A stretch of DNA of 64,000 nucleotides from Balanoglossus misakiensis (GCA_040954595.2 CM082580.2:300783-364782); one strand, 5' to 3'. Shown: positions 39,001 to 53,221, counted from the first letter of the stretch. Program-made: numbers and translations. The notes: generated by a model not told the origin, from the sequence alone.

Positions 39001-42000
39001 CACTATGGCCTGGTTACTGTGTGCTCTGGTTAATGTTGACGCAAAGGTTGACCCCACCAAACACTCAAAATTAATGGGCAGCACACTGTCCACTAAGGCC
39101 TGGTTACTGTGTGCTCTGGTTAATGTTGACGCAAAGGTTGACCCCACCAAACACTCAAAATTAATGGGCAGAACACTGTCCACTACGGCCTGGTTACTGT
39201 GTGCTCTGGTTAATGTTGACGCAAAGGTTGACCCCCACCAAACACTCAAAATTAATGGGCACGATACTGGCCACTCTGGCCTAGTTAATGTTGACGCAAA
39301 GGTTGACCCCACCAAACACTCAAAATTAATGGGCACGATACTGGCCACTCTGGCCTAGTTAATGTTGATGCCAAGGTTGACCCCACCAAAAACTCAAAAT
39401 TAATGGGCATGACACTGGCCACTCTGGCCTGGTTAATGTTGATGCAAAGGTTGACCCCACCAAACACTCAAAATTAATGGGCAGGATACTGGCCACTCTG
39501 GCCTAGTTAATGTTGACGCAAAGGTTGACCCCACCAAAACTCAAAATTAATGGGCATGATACTGGCCACTCTGGCCTAGTTAATGTTGACGCAAAGGTTG
39601 ACCCCACCAAACACACAAAATTAATGGGCACGATACTGGCCACTCTGGCCTAGTTAATGTTGACGCAAAGGTTGACCCCACCAAACACTCAAAATTAATG
39701 GGCAGAACACTGTCCACTACGGCCTGGTTACTGTGTGCTCTGGTTAATGTTGACGCAAAGGTTGACCCCCACCAAACACTCAAAATTAATGGGCACGATA
39801 CTGGCCACTCTGGCCTAGTTAATGTTGACGCAAAGGTTGACCCCACCAAACACTCAAAATTAATGGGCACGATACTGGCCACTCTGGCCTAGTTAATGTT
39901 GATGCCAAGGTTGACCCCACCAAAAACTCAAAATTAATGGGCACGACACTGGCCACTCTGGCCTGGTTAATGTTGATGCAAAGGTTGACCCCACCAAACA
40001 CTCAAAATTAATGGGCAGGATACTGGCCACTCTGGCCTAGTTAATGTTGACGCAAAGGTTGACCCCACCAAACACTCAAAATTAATGGGCATGATACTGG
40101 CCACTCTGGCCTAGTTAATGTTGACGCAAAGGTTGACCCCACCAAACACTCAAAATTAATGGGCACGATACTGGCCACTCTGGCCTAGTTAATGTTGACG
40201 CAAAGGTTGACCCCACCAAACACTCAAAATTAATGGGCAGAACACTGTCCACTACGGCCTGGTTACTGTGTGCTCTGGTTAATGTTGACGCAAATGTTGA
40301 CCCCACCAAACACTCAAAATTAATGGGCAGAACACTGTCCACTATGGCCTGGTTACTGTGTGCTCTGGCACGGTTACTAGAAGAAGACGGTTAGGAAACT
40401 CTATTGTTCGGAAGGTGTGAACGAGGTGTTAGCTAGGAGAGTCCATGTCCGAACCGCTATGTGGGGTTGTATTGGGGAACGTAGCTAATTTTTGAACCCC
40501 TTCATCTGCCCTTTTTCGTCAGAGTACAGCGCCACTTTTTTTTTGTACGAATTCCATATAGGCTTATGGAGTGCACGGTCATAGTCTGTTGGGCTTGTGA
40601 CACTCTACCATTGTTTCTTGGGTGGTTAACTTAAAATCCGGATTCAAATAGCGTCGAATTTTGAACCCCTAGAATTCAACCCTGATGGTCGCATTTCTGT
40701 TTTTTTTAAATATATTTAGATATTTTACACCTTTTTGTATTGCATGGGCTATTTCGTTTATTCCAATTGGAATATTTCGTTGAGATTCATTGCATACCCA
40801 TTTCGATACAGTCGTTAATTTAACATTATCGATATAGCCTTTGGCGGCCATCTTGTTTGTTTTGGTTCGCATCGAATCTCTAGGGCACAGTCAAGACAAA
40901 GAATGTATGGCTTCATCATGTCCTTGAAAGTTCAAAATTGTCATAAATGTGTTGTGACTTTATAAATTATCCATCCTCTGTTCTGTTTTCTTCAATTCTG
41001 GTGGTCTACGTACTGTGCGTGCAAGCAATTCCGTAAACACGAGTATGGTTTGCTTTGGATTGTGGGGGAATGACGTCATTATTCGTACGGCCAGGCTCGT
41101 TAGCACCTGATATCTTTCGTTTACACTAAGTGTTTACCGAGGCGAGCATCTAACAATGGAGAAAAAATAGTTTCCTAACCGTCTTCTTCTAGTAACCGTG
41201 GCTCTGGTTAATGTTGACGCAAAGGTTGACCCCACCAAACACTCAAAATTAATGGGCAGAACACTGTCCACTACGGCCTGGTTACTGTGTGCTCTGATTA
41301 ATGTTGACGCAAAGGTTGACCCCACCAAACACTCAAAATTAATGGGCAGAACACTGTCCACTATGGCCTGGTTACTCTGTGCTCTGGTTAATGTTGACGC
41401 AAAGGTTGACCCCACCAAACACTCAAAATTAATGGGCAGCACACTGTCCACTATGGCCTGGTTACTGTGTGCTCTGGTTAATGTTGACGCAAAGGTTGAC
41501 CCCACCAAACACTCAAAATTAATGGGCAGAACACTGTCCACTACGGCCTGGTTACTGTGTGCTCTGGTTAATGTTGACGCAAAGGTTGACCCCACCAAAC
41601 ACTCAAAATTAATGGGCAGAACACTGTCCACTATGGCCTGGTTACTGTGTGCTCTGGTTAATGTTGACGCAAAGGTTGACCCCACCAAACACTCAAAATT
41701 AATGGGCAGAACACTGTCCACTACGGCCTGGTTACTGTGTGCTCTGGTTAATGTTGACGCAAAGGTTGACCCCACCAAACACTCAAAATTAATGGGCAGA
41801 ACACTGTCCACTACGGCCTGGTTACTGTGTGCTCTGGTTAATGTTGACGCAAAGGTTGACCCCACCAAACACTCAAAATTAATGGGCAGAACACTGTCCA
41901 CTATGGCCTGGTTACTGTGTGCTCTGGTTAATGTTGACGCAAAGGTTGACCCCACCAAACACTCAAAATTAATGGGCAGCACACTGTCCACTATGGCCTG

Positions 42001-45000
42001 GTTACTGTGTGCTCTGGTTAATGTTGACGCAAAGGTTGACCCCACCAAACACTCAAAATTAATGGGCAGAACACTGTCCACTACGGCCTGGTTACTGTGT
42101 GCTCTGGTTAATGTTGACGCAAAGGTTGACCCCACCAAACACTCAAAATTAATGGGCAGAACACTGTCCACTACGGCCTGGTTACTGTGTGCTCTGGTTA
42201 ATGTTGACGCAAAGGTTGACCCCACCAAACACTCAAAATTAATGGGCAGAACACTGTCCACTATGGCCTGGTTACTGTGTGCTCTGGTTAATGTTGACGC
42301 AAAGGTTGACCCCACCAAACACTCAAAATTAATGGGCAGAACACTGTCCACTACGGCCTGGTTACTGTGTGCTCTGGTTAATGTTGACGCAAAGGTTGAC
42401 CCCACCAAACACTCAAAACTAATGGGCAGAACACTGTCCACTATGGCCTGGTTACTGTGTGCTCTGGTTAATGTTGACGCAAAGGTTGACCCCACCAAAC
42501 ACTCAAAATTAATGGGCAGAACACTGTCCACTACGGCCTGGTTACTGTGTGCTCTGGTTAATGTTGACGCAAAGGTTGACCCCACCAAACACTCAAAATT
42601 AATGGGCAGAACACTGTCCACTATGGCCTGGTTACTGTGTGCTCTGGTTAATGTTGACGCAAAGGTTGACCCCACCAAACACTCAAAATTAATGGGCAGA
42701 ACACTGTCCACTACGGCCTGGTTACTGTGTGCTCTGGTTAATGTTGACGCAAAGGTTGACCCCACCAAACACTCAAAACTAATGGGCAGAACACTGTCCA
42801 CTATGGCCTGGTTACTGTGTGCTCTGGTTAATGTTGACGCAAAGGTTGACCCCACCAAACACTCAAAATTAATGGGCAGAACACTGTCCACTACGGCCTG
42901 GTTACTGTGTGCTCTGGTTAATGTTGACGCAAAGGTTGACCCCACCAAACACTCAAAATTAATGGGCAGAACACTGTCCACTACGGCCTGGTTACTGTGT
43001 GCTCTGGTTAATGTTGACGCAAAGGTTGACCCCACCAAACACTCAAAATTAATGGGCAGAACACTGTCCACTATGGCCTGGTTACTGTGTGCTCTGGTTA
43101 ATGTTGACGCAAAGGTTGACCCCACCAAACACTCAAAATTAATGGGCAGAACACTGTCCACTACGGCCTGGTTACTGTGTGCTCTGGTTAATGTTGACGC
43201 AAAGGTTGACCCCACCAAACACTCAAAATTAATGGGCAGAACACTGTCCACTACGGCCTGGTTACTGTGTGCTCTGGTTAATGTTGACGCAAAGGTTGAC
43301 CCCACCAAACACTCAAAATTAATGGGCAGAACACTGTCCACTATGGCCTGGTTACTGTGTGCTCTGGTTAATGTTGACGCAAAGGTTGACCCCACCAAAC
43401 ACTCAAAATTAATGGGCAGAACACTGTCCACTACGGCCTGGTTACTGTGTGCTCTGGTTAATGTTGACGCAAAGGTTGACCCCACCAAACACTCAAAACT
43501 AATGGGCAGAACACTGTCCACTATGGCCTGGTTACTGTGTGCTCTGGTTAATGTTGACGCAAAGGTTGACCCCACCAAACACTCAAAATTAATGGGCAGA
43601 ACACTGTCCACTACGGCCTGGTTACTGTGTGCTCTGGTTAATGTTGACGCAAAGGTTGACCCCACCAAACACTCAAAATTAATGGGCAGAACACTGTCCA
43701 CTACGGCCTGGTTACTGTGTGCTCTGGTTAATGTTGACGCAAAGGTTGACCCCACCAAACACTCAAAATTAATGGGCAGCACACTGTCCACTATGGCCTG
43801 GTTACTGTGTGCTCTGGTTAATGTTGACGTAAAGGTTGACCCCACCAAACACTCAAAATTAATGGGCAGAACACTGTCCACTACGGCCTGGTTACTGTGT
43901 GCTCTGGTTAATGTTGACGCAAAGGTTGACCCCACCAAACACTCAAAATTAATGGGCAGAACACTGTCCACTACGGCCTGGTTACTGTGTGCTCTGGTTA
44001 ATGTTGACGCAAAGGTTGACCCCACCAAACACTCAAAATTAATGGGCAGAACACTGTCCACTACGGCCTGGTTACTGTGTGCTCTGGTTAATGTTGACGC
44101 AAAGGTTGACCCCACCAAACACTCAAAATTAATGGGCAGAACACTGTCCACTACGGCCTGGTTACTGTGTGCTCTGGTTAATGTTGACGCAAAGGTTGAC
44201 CCCACCAAACACTCAAAATTAATGGGCAGAACACTGTCCACTATGGCCTGGTTACTGTGTGCTCTGGTTAATGTTGACGCAAAGGTTGACCCCACCAAAC
44301 ACTCAAAATTAATGGGCAGAACACTGTCCACTACGGCCTGGTTACTGTGTGCTCTGGTTAATGTTGACGCAAAGGTTGACCCCACCAAACACTCAAAATT
44401 AATGGGCAGCACACTGTCCACTATGGCCTGGTTACTGTGTGCTCTGGTTAATGTTGACGCAAAGGTTGACCCCACCAAACACTCAAAATTAATGGGCAGA
44501 ACACTGTCCACTACGGCCTGGTTACTGTGTGCTCTGGTTAATGTTGACGCAAAGGTTGACCCCACCAAACACTCAAAATTAATGGGCAGAACACTGTCCA
44601 CTATGGCCTGGTTACTGTGCGCTCTGGTTAATGTTGACGCAAAGGTTGACCCCACCAAACACTCAAAATTAATGGGCAGAACACTGTCCACTACGGCCTG
44701 GTTACTGTGTGCTCTGGTTAATGTTGACGCAAAGGTTGACCCCACCAAACACTCAAAATTAATGGGCAGAACACTGTCCACTACGGCCTGGTTACTGTGT
44801 GCTCTGGTTAATGTTGACGCAAAGGTTGACCCCACCAAACACTCAAAATTAATGGGCAGCACACTGTCCACTATGGCCTGGTTACTGTGTGCTCTGGTTA
44901 ATGTTGACGCAAAGGTTGACCCCACCAAACACTCAAAATTAATGGGCAGAACACTGTCCACTACGGCCTGGTTACTGTGTGCTCTGGTTAATGTTGACGC

Positions 45001-48000
45001 AAAGGTTGACCCCACCAAACACTCAAAATTAATGGGCACGATACTGGCCACTCTGGCCTAGTTAATGTTGACGCAAAGGTTGACCCCACCAAACACTCAA
45101 AATTAATGGGCACGATACTGGCCACTCTGGCCTAGTTAATGTTGACGCAAAGGTTGACCCCACCAAACACTCAAAATTAATGGGCACGATACTGGCCACT
45201 CTGGCCTAGTTAATGTTGACGCAAAGGTTGACCCCACCAAACACTCAAAATTAATGGGCAGAACACTGTCCACTACGGCCTGGTTACTGTGTGCTCTGGT
45301 TAATGTTGACGCAAAGGTTGACCCCACCAAACACTCAAAATTAATGGGCAGAACACTGTCCACTACGGCCTGGTTACTGTGTGCTCTGGTTAATGTTGAC
45401 GCAAAGGTTGACCCCACCAAACACTCAAAACTAATGGGCAGAACACTGTCCACTATGGCCTGGTTACTGTGTGCTCTGGTTAATGTTGACGCAAAGGTTG
45501 ACCCCACCAAACACTCAAAATTAATGGGCAGAACACTGTCCACTACGGCCTGGTTACTGTGTGCTCTGGTTAATGTTGACGCAAAGGTTGACCCCACCAA
45601 ACACTCAAAATTAATGGGCAGAACACTGTCCACTACGGCCTGGTTACTGTGTGCTCTGGTTAATGTTGACGCAAAGGTTGACCCCACCAAACACTCAAAA
45701 TTAATGGGCAGAACACTGTCCACTATGGCCTGGTTACTGTGTGCTCTGGTTAATGTTGACGCAAAGGTTGACCCCACCAAACACTCAAAATTAATGGGCA
45801 GAACACTGTCCACTACGGCCTGGTTACTGTGTGCTCTGGTTAATGTTGACGCAAAGGTTGACCCCACCAAACACTCAAAATTAATGGGCAGAACACTGTC
45901 CACTACGGCCTGGTTACTGTGTGCTCTGGTTAATGTTGACGCAAAGGTTGACCCCACCAAACACTCAAAATTAATGGGCAGAACACTGTCCACTATGGCC
46001 TGGTTACTGTGTGCTCTGGTTAATGTTGACGCAAAGGTTGACCCCACCAAACACTCAAAATTAATGGGCAGAACACTGTCCACTACGGCCTGGTTACTGT
46101 GTGCTCTGGTTAATGTTGACGCAAAGGTTGACCCCACCAAACACTCAAAACTAATGGGCAGAACACTGTCCACTATGGCCTGGTTACTGTGTGCTCTGGT
46201 TAATGTTGACGCAAAGGTTGACCCCACCAAACACTCAAAATTAATGGGCAGAACACTGTCCACTACGGCCTGGTTACTGTGTGCTCTGGTTAATGTTGAC
46301 GCAAAGGTTGACCCCACCAAACACTCAAAATTAATGGGCAGAACACTGTCCACTACGGCCTGGTTACTGTGTGCTCTGGTTAATGTTGACGCAAAGGTTG
46401 ACCCCACCAAACACTCAAAATTAATGGGCAGCACACTGTCCACTATGGCCTGGTTACTGTGTGCTCTGGTTAATGTTGACGTAAAGGTTGACCCCACCAA
46501 ACACTCAAAATTAATGGGCAGAACACTGTCCACTACGGCCTGGTTACTGTGTGCTCTGGTTAATGTTGACGCAAAGGTTGACCCCACCAAACACTCAAAA
46601 TTAATGGGCAGAACACTGTCCACTACGGCCTGGTTACTGTGTGCTCTGGTTAATGTTGACGCAAAGGTTGACCCCACCAAACACTCAAAATTAATGGGCA
46701 GAACACTGTCCACTACGGCCTGGTTACTGTGTGCTCTGGTTAATGTTGACGCAAAGGTTGACCCCACCAAACACTCAAAATTAATGGGCAGAACACTGTC
46801 CACTACGGCCTGGTTACTGTGTGCTCTGGTTAATGTTGACGCAAAGGTTGACCCCACCAAACACTCAAAATTAATGGGCAGAACACTGTCCACTATGGCC
46901 TGGTTACTGTGTGCTCTGGTTAATGTTGACGCAAAGGTTGACCCCACCAAACACTCAAAATTAATGGGCAGAACACTGTCCACTACGGCCTGGTTACTGT
47001 GTGCTCTGGTTAATGTTGACGCAAAGGTTGACCCCACCAAACACTCAAAATTAATGGGCAGCACACTGTCCACTATGGCCTGGTTACTGTGTGCTCTGGT
47101 TAATGTTGACGCAAAGGTTGACCCCACCAAACACTCAAAATTAATGGGCAGAACACTGTCCACTACGGCCTGGTTACTGTGTGCTCTGGTTAATGTTGAC
47201 GCAAAGGTTGACCCCACCAAACACTCAAAATTAATGGGCAGAACACTGTCCACTATGGCCTGGTTACTGTGCGCTCTGGTTAATGTTGACGCAAAGGTTG
47301 ACCCCACCAAACACTCAAAATTAATGGGCAGAACACTGTCCACTACGGCCTGGTTACTGTGTGCTCTGGTTAATGTTGACGCAAAGGTTGACCCCACCAA
47401 ACACTCAAAATTAATGGGCAGAACACTGTCCACTACGGCCTGGTTACTGTGTGCTCTGGTTAATGTTGACGCAAAGGTTGACCCCACCAAACACTCAAAA
47501 TTAATGGGCAGCACACTGTCCACTATGGCCTGGTTACTGTGTGCTCTGGTTAATGTTGACGCAAAGGTTGACCCCACCAAACACTCAAAATTAATGGGCA
47601 GAACACTGTCCACTACGGCCTGGTTACTGTGTGCTCTGGTTAATGTTGACGCAAAGGTTGACCCCACCAAACACTCAAAATTAATGGGCACGATACTGGC
47701 CACTCTGGCCTAGTTAATGTTGACGCAAAGGTTGACCCCACCAAACACTCAAAATTAATGGGCACGATACTGGCCACTCTGGCCTAGTTAATGTTGACGC
47801 AAAGGTTGACCCCACCAAACACTCAAAATTAATGGGCACGATACTGGCCACTCTGGCCTAGTTAATGTTGACGCAAAGGTTGACCCCACCAAACACTCAA
47901 AATTAATGGGCAGAACACTGTCCACTACGGCCTGGTTACTGTGTGCTCTGGTTAATGTTGACGCAAAGGTTGACCCCACCAAACACTCAAAATTAATGGG

Positions 48001-50870
48001 CAGAACACTGTCCACTACGGCCTGGTTACTGTGTGCTCTGGTTAATGTTGACGCAAAGGTTGACCCCACCAAACACTCAAAATTAATGGGCAGAACACTG
48101 TCCACTACGGCCTGGTTACTGTGTGCTCTGGTTAATGTTGACGCAAAGGTTGACCCCACCAAACACTCAAAATTAATGGGCAGCACACTGTCCACTATGG
48201 CCTGGTTACTGTGTGCTCTGGTTAATGTTGACGCAAAGGTTGACCCCACCAAACACTCAAAATTAATGGGCAGAACACTGTCCACTACGGCCTGGTTACT
48301 GTGTGCTCTGGTTAATGTTGACGCAAAGGTTGACCCCCATCAAACACTCAAAATTAATGGGCACGACACTGGCCACTCTGGCCTGGTTACTGTGTGCTCT
48401 GGTTAATGTTGACGCAAAGGTTGACCCCACCAAACACTCAAAATTAATGGGCAGAACACTGTCCACTACGGCCTGGTTACTGTGTGCTCTGGTTAATGTT
48501 GACGCAAAGGTTGACCCCACCAAACACTCAAAATTAATGGGCAGAACACTGTCCACTATGGCCTGGTTACTGTGTGCTCTGGTTAATGTTGACGCAAAGG
48601 TTGACCCCACCAAACACTCAAAATTAATGGGCAGAACACTGTCCACTACGGCCTGGTTACTGTGTGCTCTGGTTAATGTTGACGCAAAGGTTGACCCCAC
48701 CAAACACTCAAAATTAATGGGCAGCACACTGTCCACTATGGCCTGGTTACTGTGTGCTCTGGTTAATGTTGACGCAAAGGTTGACCCCACCAAACACTCA
48801 AAATTAATGGGCAGAACACTGTCCACTACGGCCTGGTTACTGTGTGCTCTGGTTAATGTTGACGCAAAGGTTGACCCCACCAAACACTCAAAATTAATGG
48901 GCAGAACACTGTCCACTACGGCCTGGTTACTGTGTGCTCTGGTTAATGTTGACGCAAAGGTTGACCCCACCAAACACTCAAAATTAATGGGCAGCACACT
49001 GTCCACTATGGCCTGGTTACTGTGTGCTCTGGTTAATGTTGACGCAAAGGTTGACCCCACCAAACACTCAAAATTAATGGGCAGAACACTGTCCACTACG
49101 GCCTGGTTACTGTGTGCTCTGGTTAATGTTGACGCAAAGGTTGACCCCCATCAAACACTCAAAATTAATGGGCACGATACTGGCCACTCTGGCCTGGTTA
49201 CTGTGTGCTCTGGTTAATGTTGACGCAAAGGTTGACCCCACCAAACACTCAAAATTAATGGGCAGAACACTGTCCACTACGGCCTGGTTACTGTGTGCTC
49301 TGGTTAATGTTGACGCAAAGGTTGACCCCACCAAACACTCAAAATTAATGGGCAGAACACTGTCCACTATGGCCTGGTTACTGTGTGCTCTGGTTAATGT
49401 TGACGCAAAGGTTGACCCCACCAAACACTCAAAATTAATGGGCAGAACACTGTCCACTACGGCCTGGTTACTGTGTGCTCTGGTTAATGTTGACGCAAAG
49501 GTTGACCCCACCAAACACTCAAAATTAATGGGCAGCACACTGTCCACTATGGCCTGGTTACTGTGTGCTCTGGTTAATGTTGACGCAAAGGTTGACCCCA
49601 CCAAACACTCAAAATTAATGGGCAGAACACTGTCCACTAAGGCCTGGTTACTGTGTGCTCTGGTTAATGTTGACGCAAAGGTTGACCCCACCAAACACTC
49701 AAAATTAATGGGCAGAACACTGTCCACTACGGCCTGGTTACTGTGTGCTCTGGTTAATGTTGACGCAAAGGTTGACCCCACCAAACACTCAAAATTAATG
49801 GGCAGAACACTGTCCACTACGGCCTGGTTACTGTGTGCTCTGGTTAATGTTGACGCAAAGGTTGACCCCACCAAACACTCAAAATTAATGGGCAGCACAC
49901 TGTCCACTATGGCCTGGTTACTGTGTGCTCTGGTTAATGGTGACGCAAAGGTTGACCCCACCAAACACTCAAAATTAATGGGCAGAACACTGTCCACTAC
50001 GGCCTGGTTACTGTGTGCTCTGGTTAATGTTGACGCAAAGGTTGACCCCCACCAAACACTCAAAATTAATGGGCACGATACTGGCCACTCTGGCCTAGTT
50101 AATGTTGACGCAAAGGTTGACCCCACCAAACACTCAAAATTAATGGGCACGATACTGGCCACTCTGGCCTAGTTAATGTTGACGCAAAGGTTGACCCCAC
50201 CAAACACACAAAATTAATGGGCACGATACTGGCCACTCTGGCCTAGTTAATGTTGACGCAAAGGTTGACCCCACCAAACACTCAAAATTAATGGGCACGA
50301 TACTGGCCACTCTGGCCTAGTTAATGTTGACGCAAAGGTTGACCCCACCAAACACTCAAAATTAATGGGCAGAACACTGTCCACTACGGCCTGGTTACTG
50401 TGTGCTCTGGTTAATGTTGACGCAAAGGTTGACCCCACCAAACACTCAAAATTAATGGGCAGAACACTGTCCACTACGGCCTGGTTACTGTGTGCTCTGG
50501 TTAATGTTGACGCAAAGGTTGACCCCACCAAACACTCAAAATTAATGGGCAGAACACTGTCCACTACGGCCTGGTTACTGTGTGCTCTGGTTAATGTTGA
50601 CGCAAAGGTTGACCCCACCAAACACTCAAAATTAATGGGCAGCACACTGTCCACTATGGCCTGGTTACTGTGTGCTCTGGTTAATGTTGACGCAAAGGTT
50701 GACCCCACCAAACACTCAAAATTAATGGGCAGAACACTGTCCACTACGGCCTGGTTACTGTGTGCTCTGGTTAATGTTGACGCAAAGGTTGACCCCCATC
50801 AAACACTCAAAATTAATGGGCACGATACTGGCCACTCTGGCCTGGTTACTGTGTGCTCTGGTTAATGTTA
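36063..50870. repeat. ~14.8-kb satellite array of 90-bp monomers interspersed with 74-bp and 91-bp variants
   Basis: 90-mer: gttaatgttgacgcaaaggttgaccccaccaaacactcaaaattaatgggcagaacactgtccactacggcctggttactgtgtgctctg. The 74-mer ends ...gggcacgatactggccactctggccta. The array accounts for the long repetitive ORFs on both strands. Confidence 0.97.
40369..41200. mobile_element. 832-bp non-autonomous DNA transposon inserted in the satellite; 32-bp perfect TIR, 7-bp TSD GCTCTGG (P/Galileo-like)
   Basis: gctctgg|cacggttactagaagaagacggttaggaaact ... agtttcctaaccgtcttcttctagtaaccgtg|gctctgg. Intact monomers supply the empty site. Confidence 0.9.
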
Positions 50871-51102
50871 ATGGTAGGTCGTGGCTGTCTCATTTCAGGG
50901 ATTTGTGGACTAAATGTCAATCTTTGTACTATTCGTACATGAAACTTTTCTTTCAAATACAACTTACAGACCAACATAGACAGTCATGCTTATATAAGTA
51001 TGACTATCTATTAAAGTAACATTCATATCATGATTGTTGTTTTACACTGTGTTTTCAAAGTAATTGTTGCAGTAAACCAATTGCCTTGCTTGGAAATATT
51101 AA

Positions 51103-51209
51103 AAGGGAAGTCCTGTCCAGCTGATTTATGCATAATTTCTACACAATGTTTTTTTCTGAAAGAATGACCTCAAAGCTACCCAATTATGTAGCTGAACCGG
51201 ACTTCCCCT
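51103..51209. mobile_element. Small TTAA-flanked MITE (related remnant at ~54730-54838)
   Basis: ttaa|aagggaagtcc...ggacttcccct|ttaa. Confidence 0.6.
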
Positions 51210-51724
51210 TTAAATGCTACCAGTGAGCTTGTTTGTCTTTGTAAATACACTCAAGTATTAATCCCCTTTTTCTCAGAATTCAATGCATCTTCATGCCATG
51301 AGGTGAGAGGACACTTTTGTTAGCAGGAGGGAAACAAATCCAAAATAAATAATAACAGTGCAAAGTTGGTCTGCTGACTTTCTCCACATTTCATTATTGA
51401 ATTACGGCAAAATTATGAAATCCAATTATGAAATTCAGCTTTTTGTCCACTTTTTGTTGCTGCAAATTCATTGCGGTATAAAGGTCAATAATATGACAAA
51501 TCTTGGTTAAAAGTATACAGTCACCTTCAATACACATTCCCATATATGGCTGAATGGCGTATTTGAGCATTCTAAAGAACATATGGTGGCGCCTGTTTTC
51601 CACGTGTGCCACCAAATGAAAATCTGTGATTGGCTAGATTTCAATTTTCCATGGTAACTATATATAGCTAATTTTCCATGGGTGATCATATACCTTTAAC
51701 TCTATAGTTTAACATGATACTTAC

Positions 51725-51910
51725 GAACACATGATTGGTTAAAAGTGTAGACATCATACATTGAGAGACCAGTTTCTCCAGGTGGCAGATAGAATCCACC
51801 TGTGCCGTTATTTGCATATAAGAGATAGCCTTCTTCACAGGAACATTGAAAACCACCTGCAGTGTTTTTACAAAGTTGATCACAAGAATGTGAAGCACAT
51901 TCATTTATAT
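51725..51910 (-). CDS. Calcium-binding EGF exon with Uif-type loop insert (186 nt)
   Basis: tag|DINECASHSCDQLCKNTAGGFQCSCEEGYLLYANNGTGGFYLPPGETGLSMYDVYTFNQSCV|gtaagt. The ORF track shows only other frames. Confidence 0.85.
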
Positions 51911-52431
51911 CTACAAAGAAGGAACATGGATTGGATTAAAACAATGTACGTTCAGTAAAATTGAAAGTATTGTCATTTCTTTTAATCGTGAATTTTGGGA
52001 TTATCTTGTGTACGTACAAGATGAATCTGTGATAAAATAAAGGCGTCACCTTGCTTGCTTTTGAAATACAAGGCCATTAATTTAGTTGATAATAGAAGAA
52101 ACCTGCTGACTCAGCATGGTTCACCAATGGTTTGTCTATGGACAAAAACCTTAAAGAAATTTATCTCAAAATAGAGCATTGTAATCACACAATTTTATTT
52201 GACCAATGAATTTATATTTACTAGACTGAGCTATGTGTAAAATTTCGTGAAAATGACAATAGTAGAAGTTTGTTTTCTAGCAATTATCAATGTAATCCTA
52301 TGAGAAAAAGACACCTGAGATTAAAAGGTCATTCCAAAAATTTATCCGGAATTCTGAAATAAGTTCGGAATGTGTTAAATGTGAAAATAGTGACTTGAAG
52401 TTATGTTGCAAGTGACTTGATTATGTCTCAC

Positions 52432-52560
52432 CTTTGCATGCTGTTCTATTCACATCTGGTTCAAATCCCACCAAACATGCACACTGATAGTCACCATCTC
52501 TATTTTCACAGACTTGATTGATTCCACACCGTGCCACCAATGTACTACATTCATTGATAT
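52432..52560 (-). CDS. Calcium-binding EGF exon (129 nt)
   Basis: DINECSTLVARCGINQVCENRDGDYQCACLVGFEPDVNRTACK|gtgag. Confidence 0.88.
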
Positions 52561-53038
52561 CTGAAATGTTATTTATCAAGATATGATCAAAATCCCACAG
52601 GTCCGCTGGTAAATTCAGACCAACAAGTTTAGCTGGGAACCACCAGACCAACAGGAAATTTTCACAAACAAATTTTCGCGAACTATGCAAGAGCCAAAAA
52701 AAAAAAGACATTTTTGCGTAAAAAACTATTTTCAGTGATAACAATGTAGTGAAATACGAGAACATGAAAATTAATCGTCTCATAACAGTTTCTGCTTTTG
52801 ATATCGCAAAAAATTTCTTTGTCGCGAAAATTTCCTGTTTTACAGTAATCAATGAAAAATAAAATTACGAAAATCATGAAATTTCTGACAGCCATAGATT
52901 TGCATGGCATGAACTGTATGTCCTATCAGCATGTAGTTTAGGTGACATTTATGATAAATAGTCAAATTACTGGAGTGATCGATTACGGTACCTCATAAGC
53001 AGACAACCACATGAAGACCAATCTTGATGTGAACTTAC

Positions 53039-53221
53039 CAATGCATGATGGTATTGCACTATTCCACTGTAAATCGGATTGACAAGTCAGGTAATCAGCA
53101 CCATTTAATTCATAGCCAGCATTACAATAGAATGTGATGTTACTGCCCATATAATATGGTCCACTATCAGGGACAGCTTGTAGATGTGGGTCTGTTATGA
53201 GTATATCACTGCAGTTCAATC
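53039..53221 (-). CDS. Sushi/CCP exon (183 nt)
   Basis: LNCSDILITDPHLQAVPDSGPYYMGSNITFYCNAGYELNGADYLTCQSDLQWNSAIPSCI|gtaagt. Confidence 0.85.

Noticed and set aside
40369-41200. RAG/Transib RSS-like TIR (CACGGTT resembles the CACAGTG heptamer)
   Set aside because: The TSD is clearly 7 bp rather than 5, the TIRs are symmetric, and there is no nonamer.
36078-51019. Very long repetitive ORFs (up to 1305 aa) as real genes
   Set aside because: They are translations of a 90-bp satellite, occur on both strands, are broken by 74/91-bp monomers, and have no unique domain or splice context.
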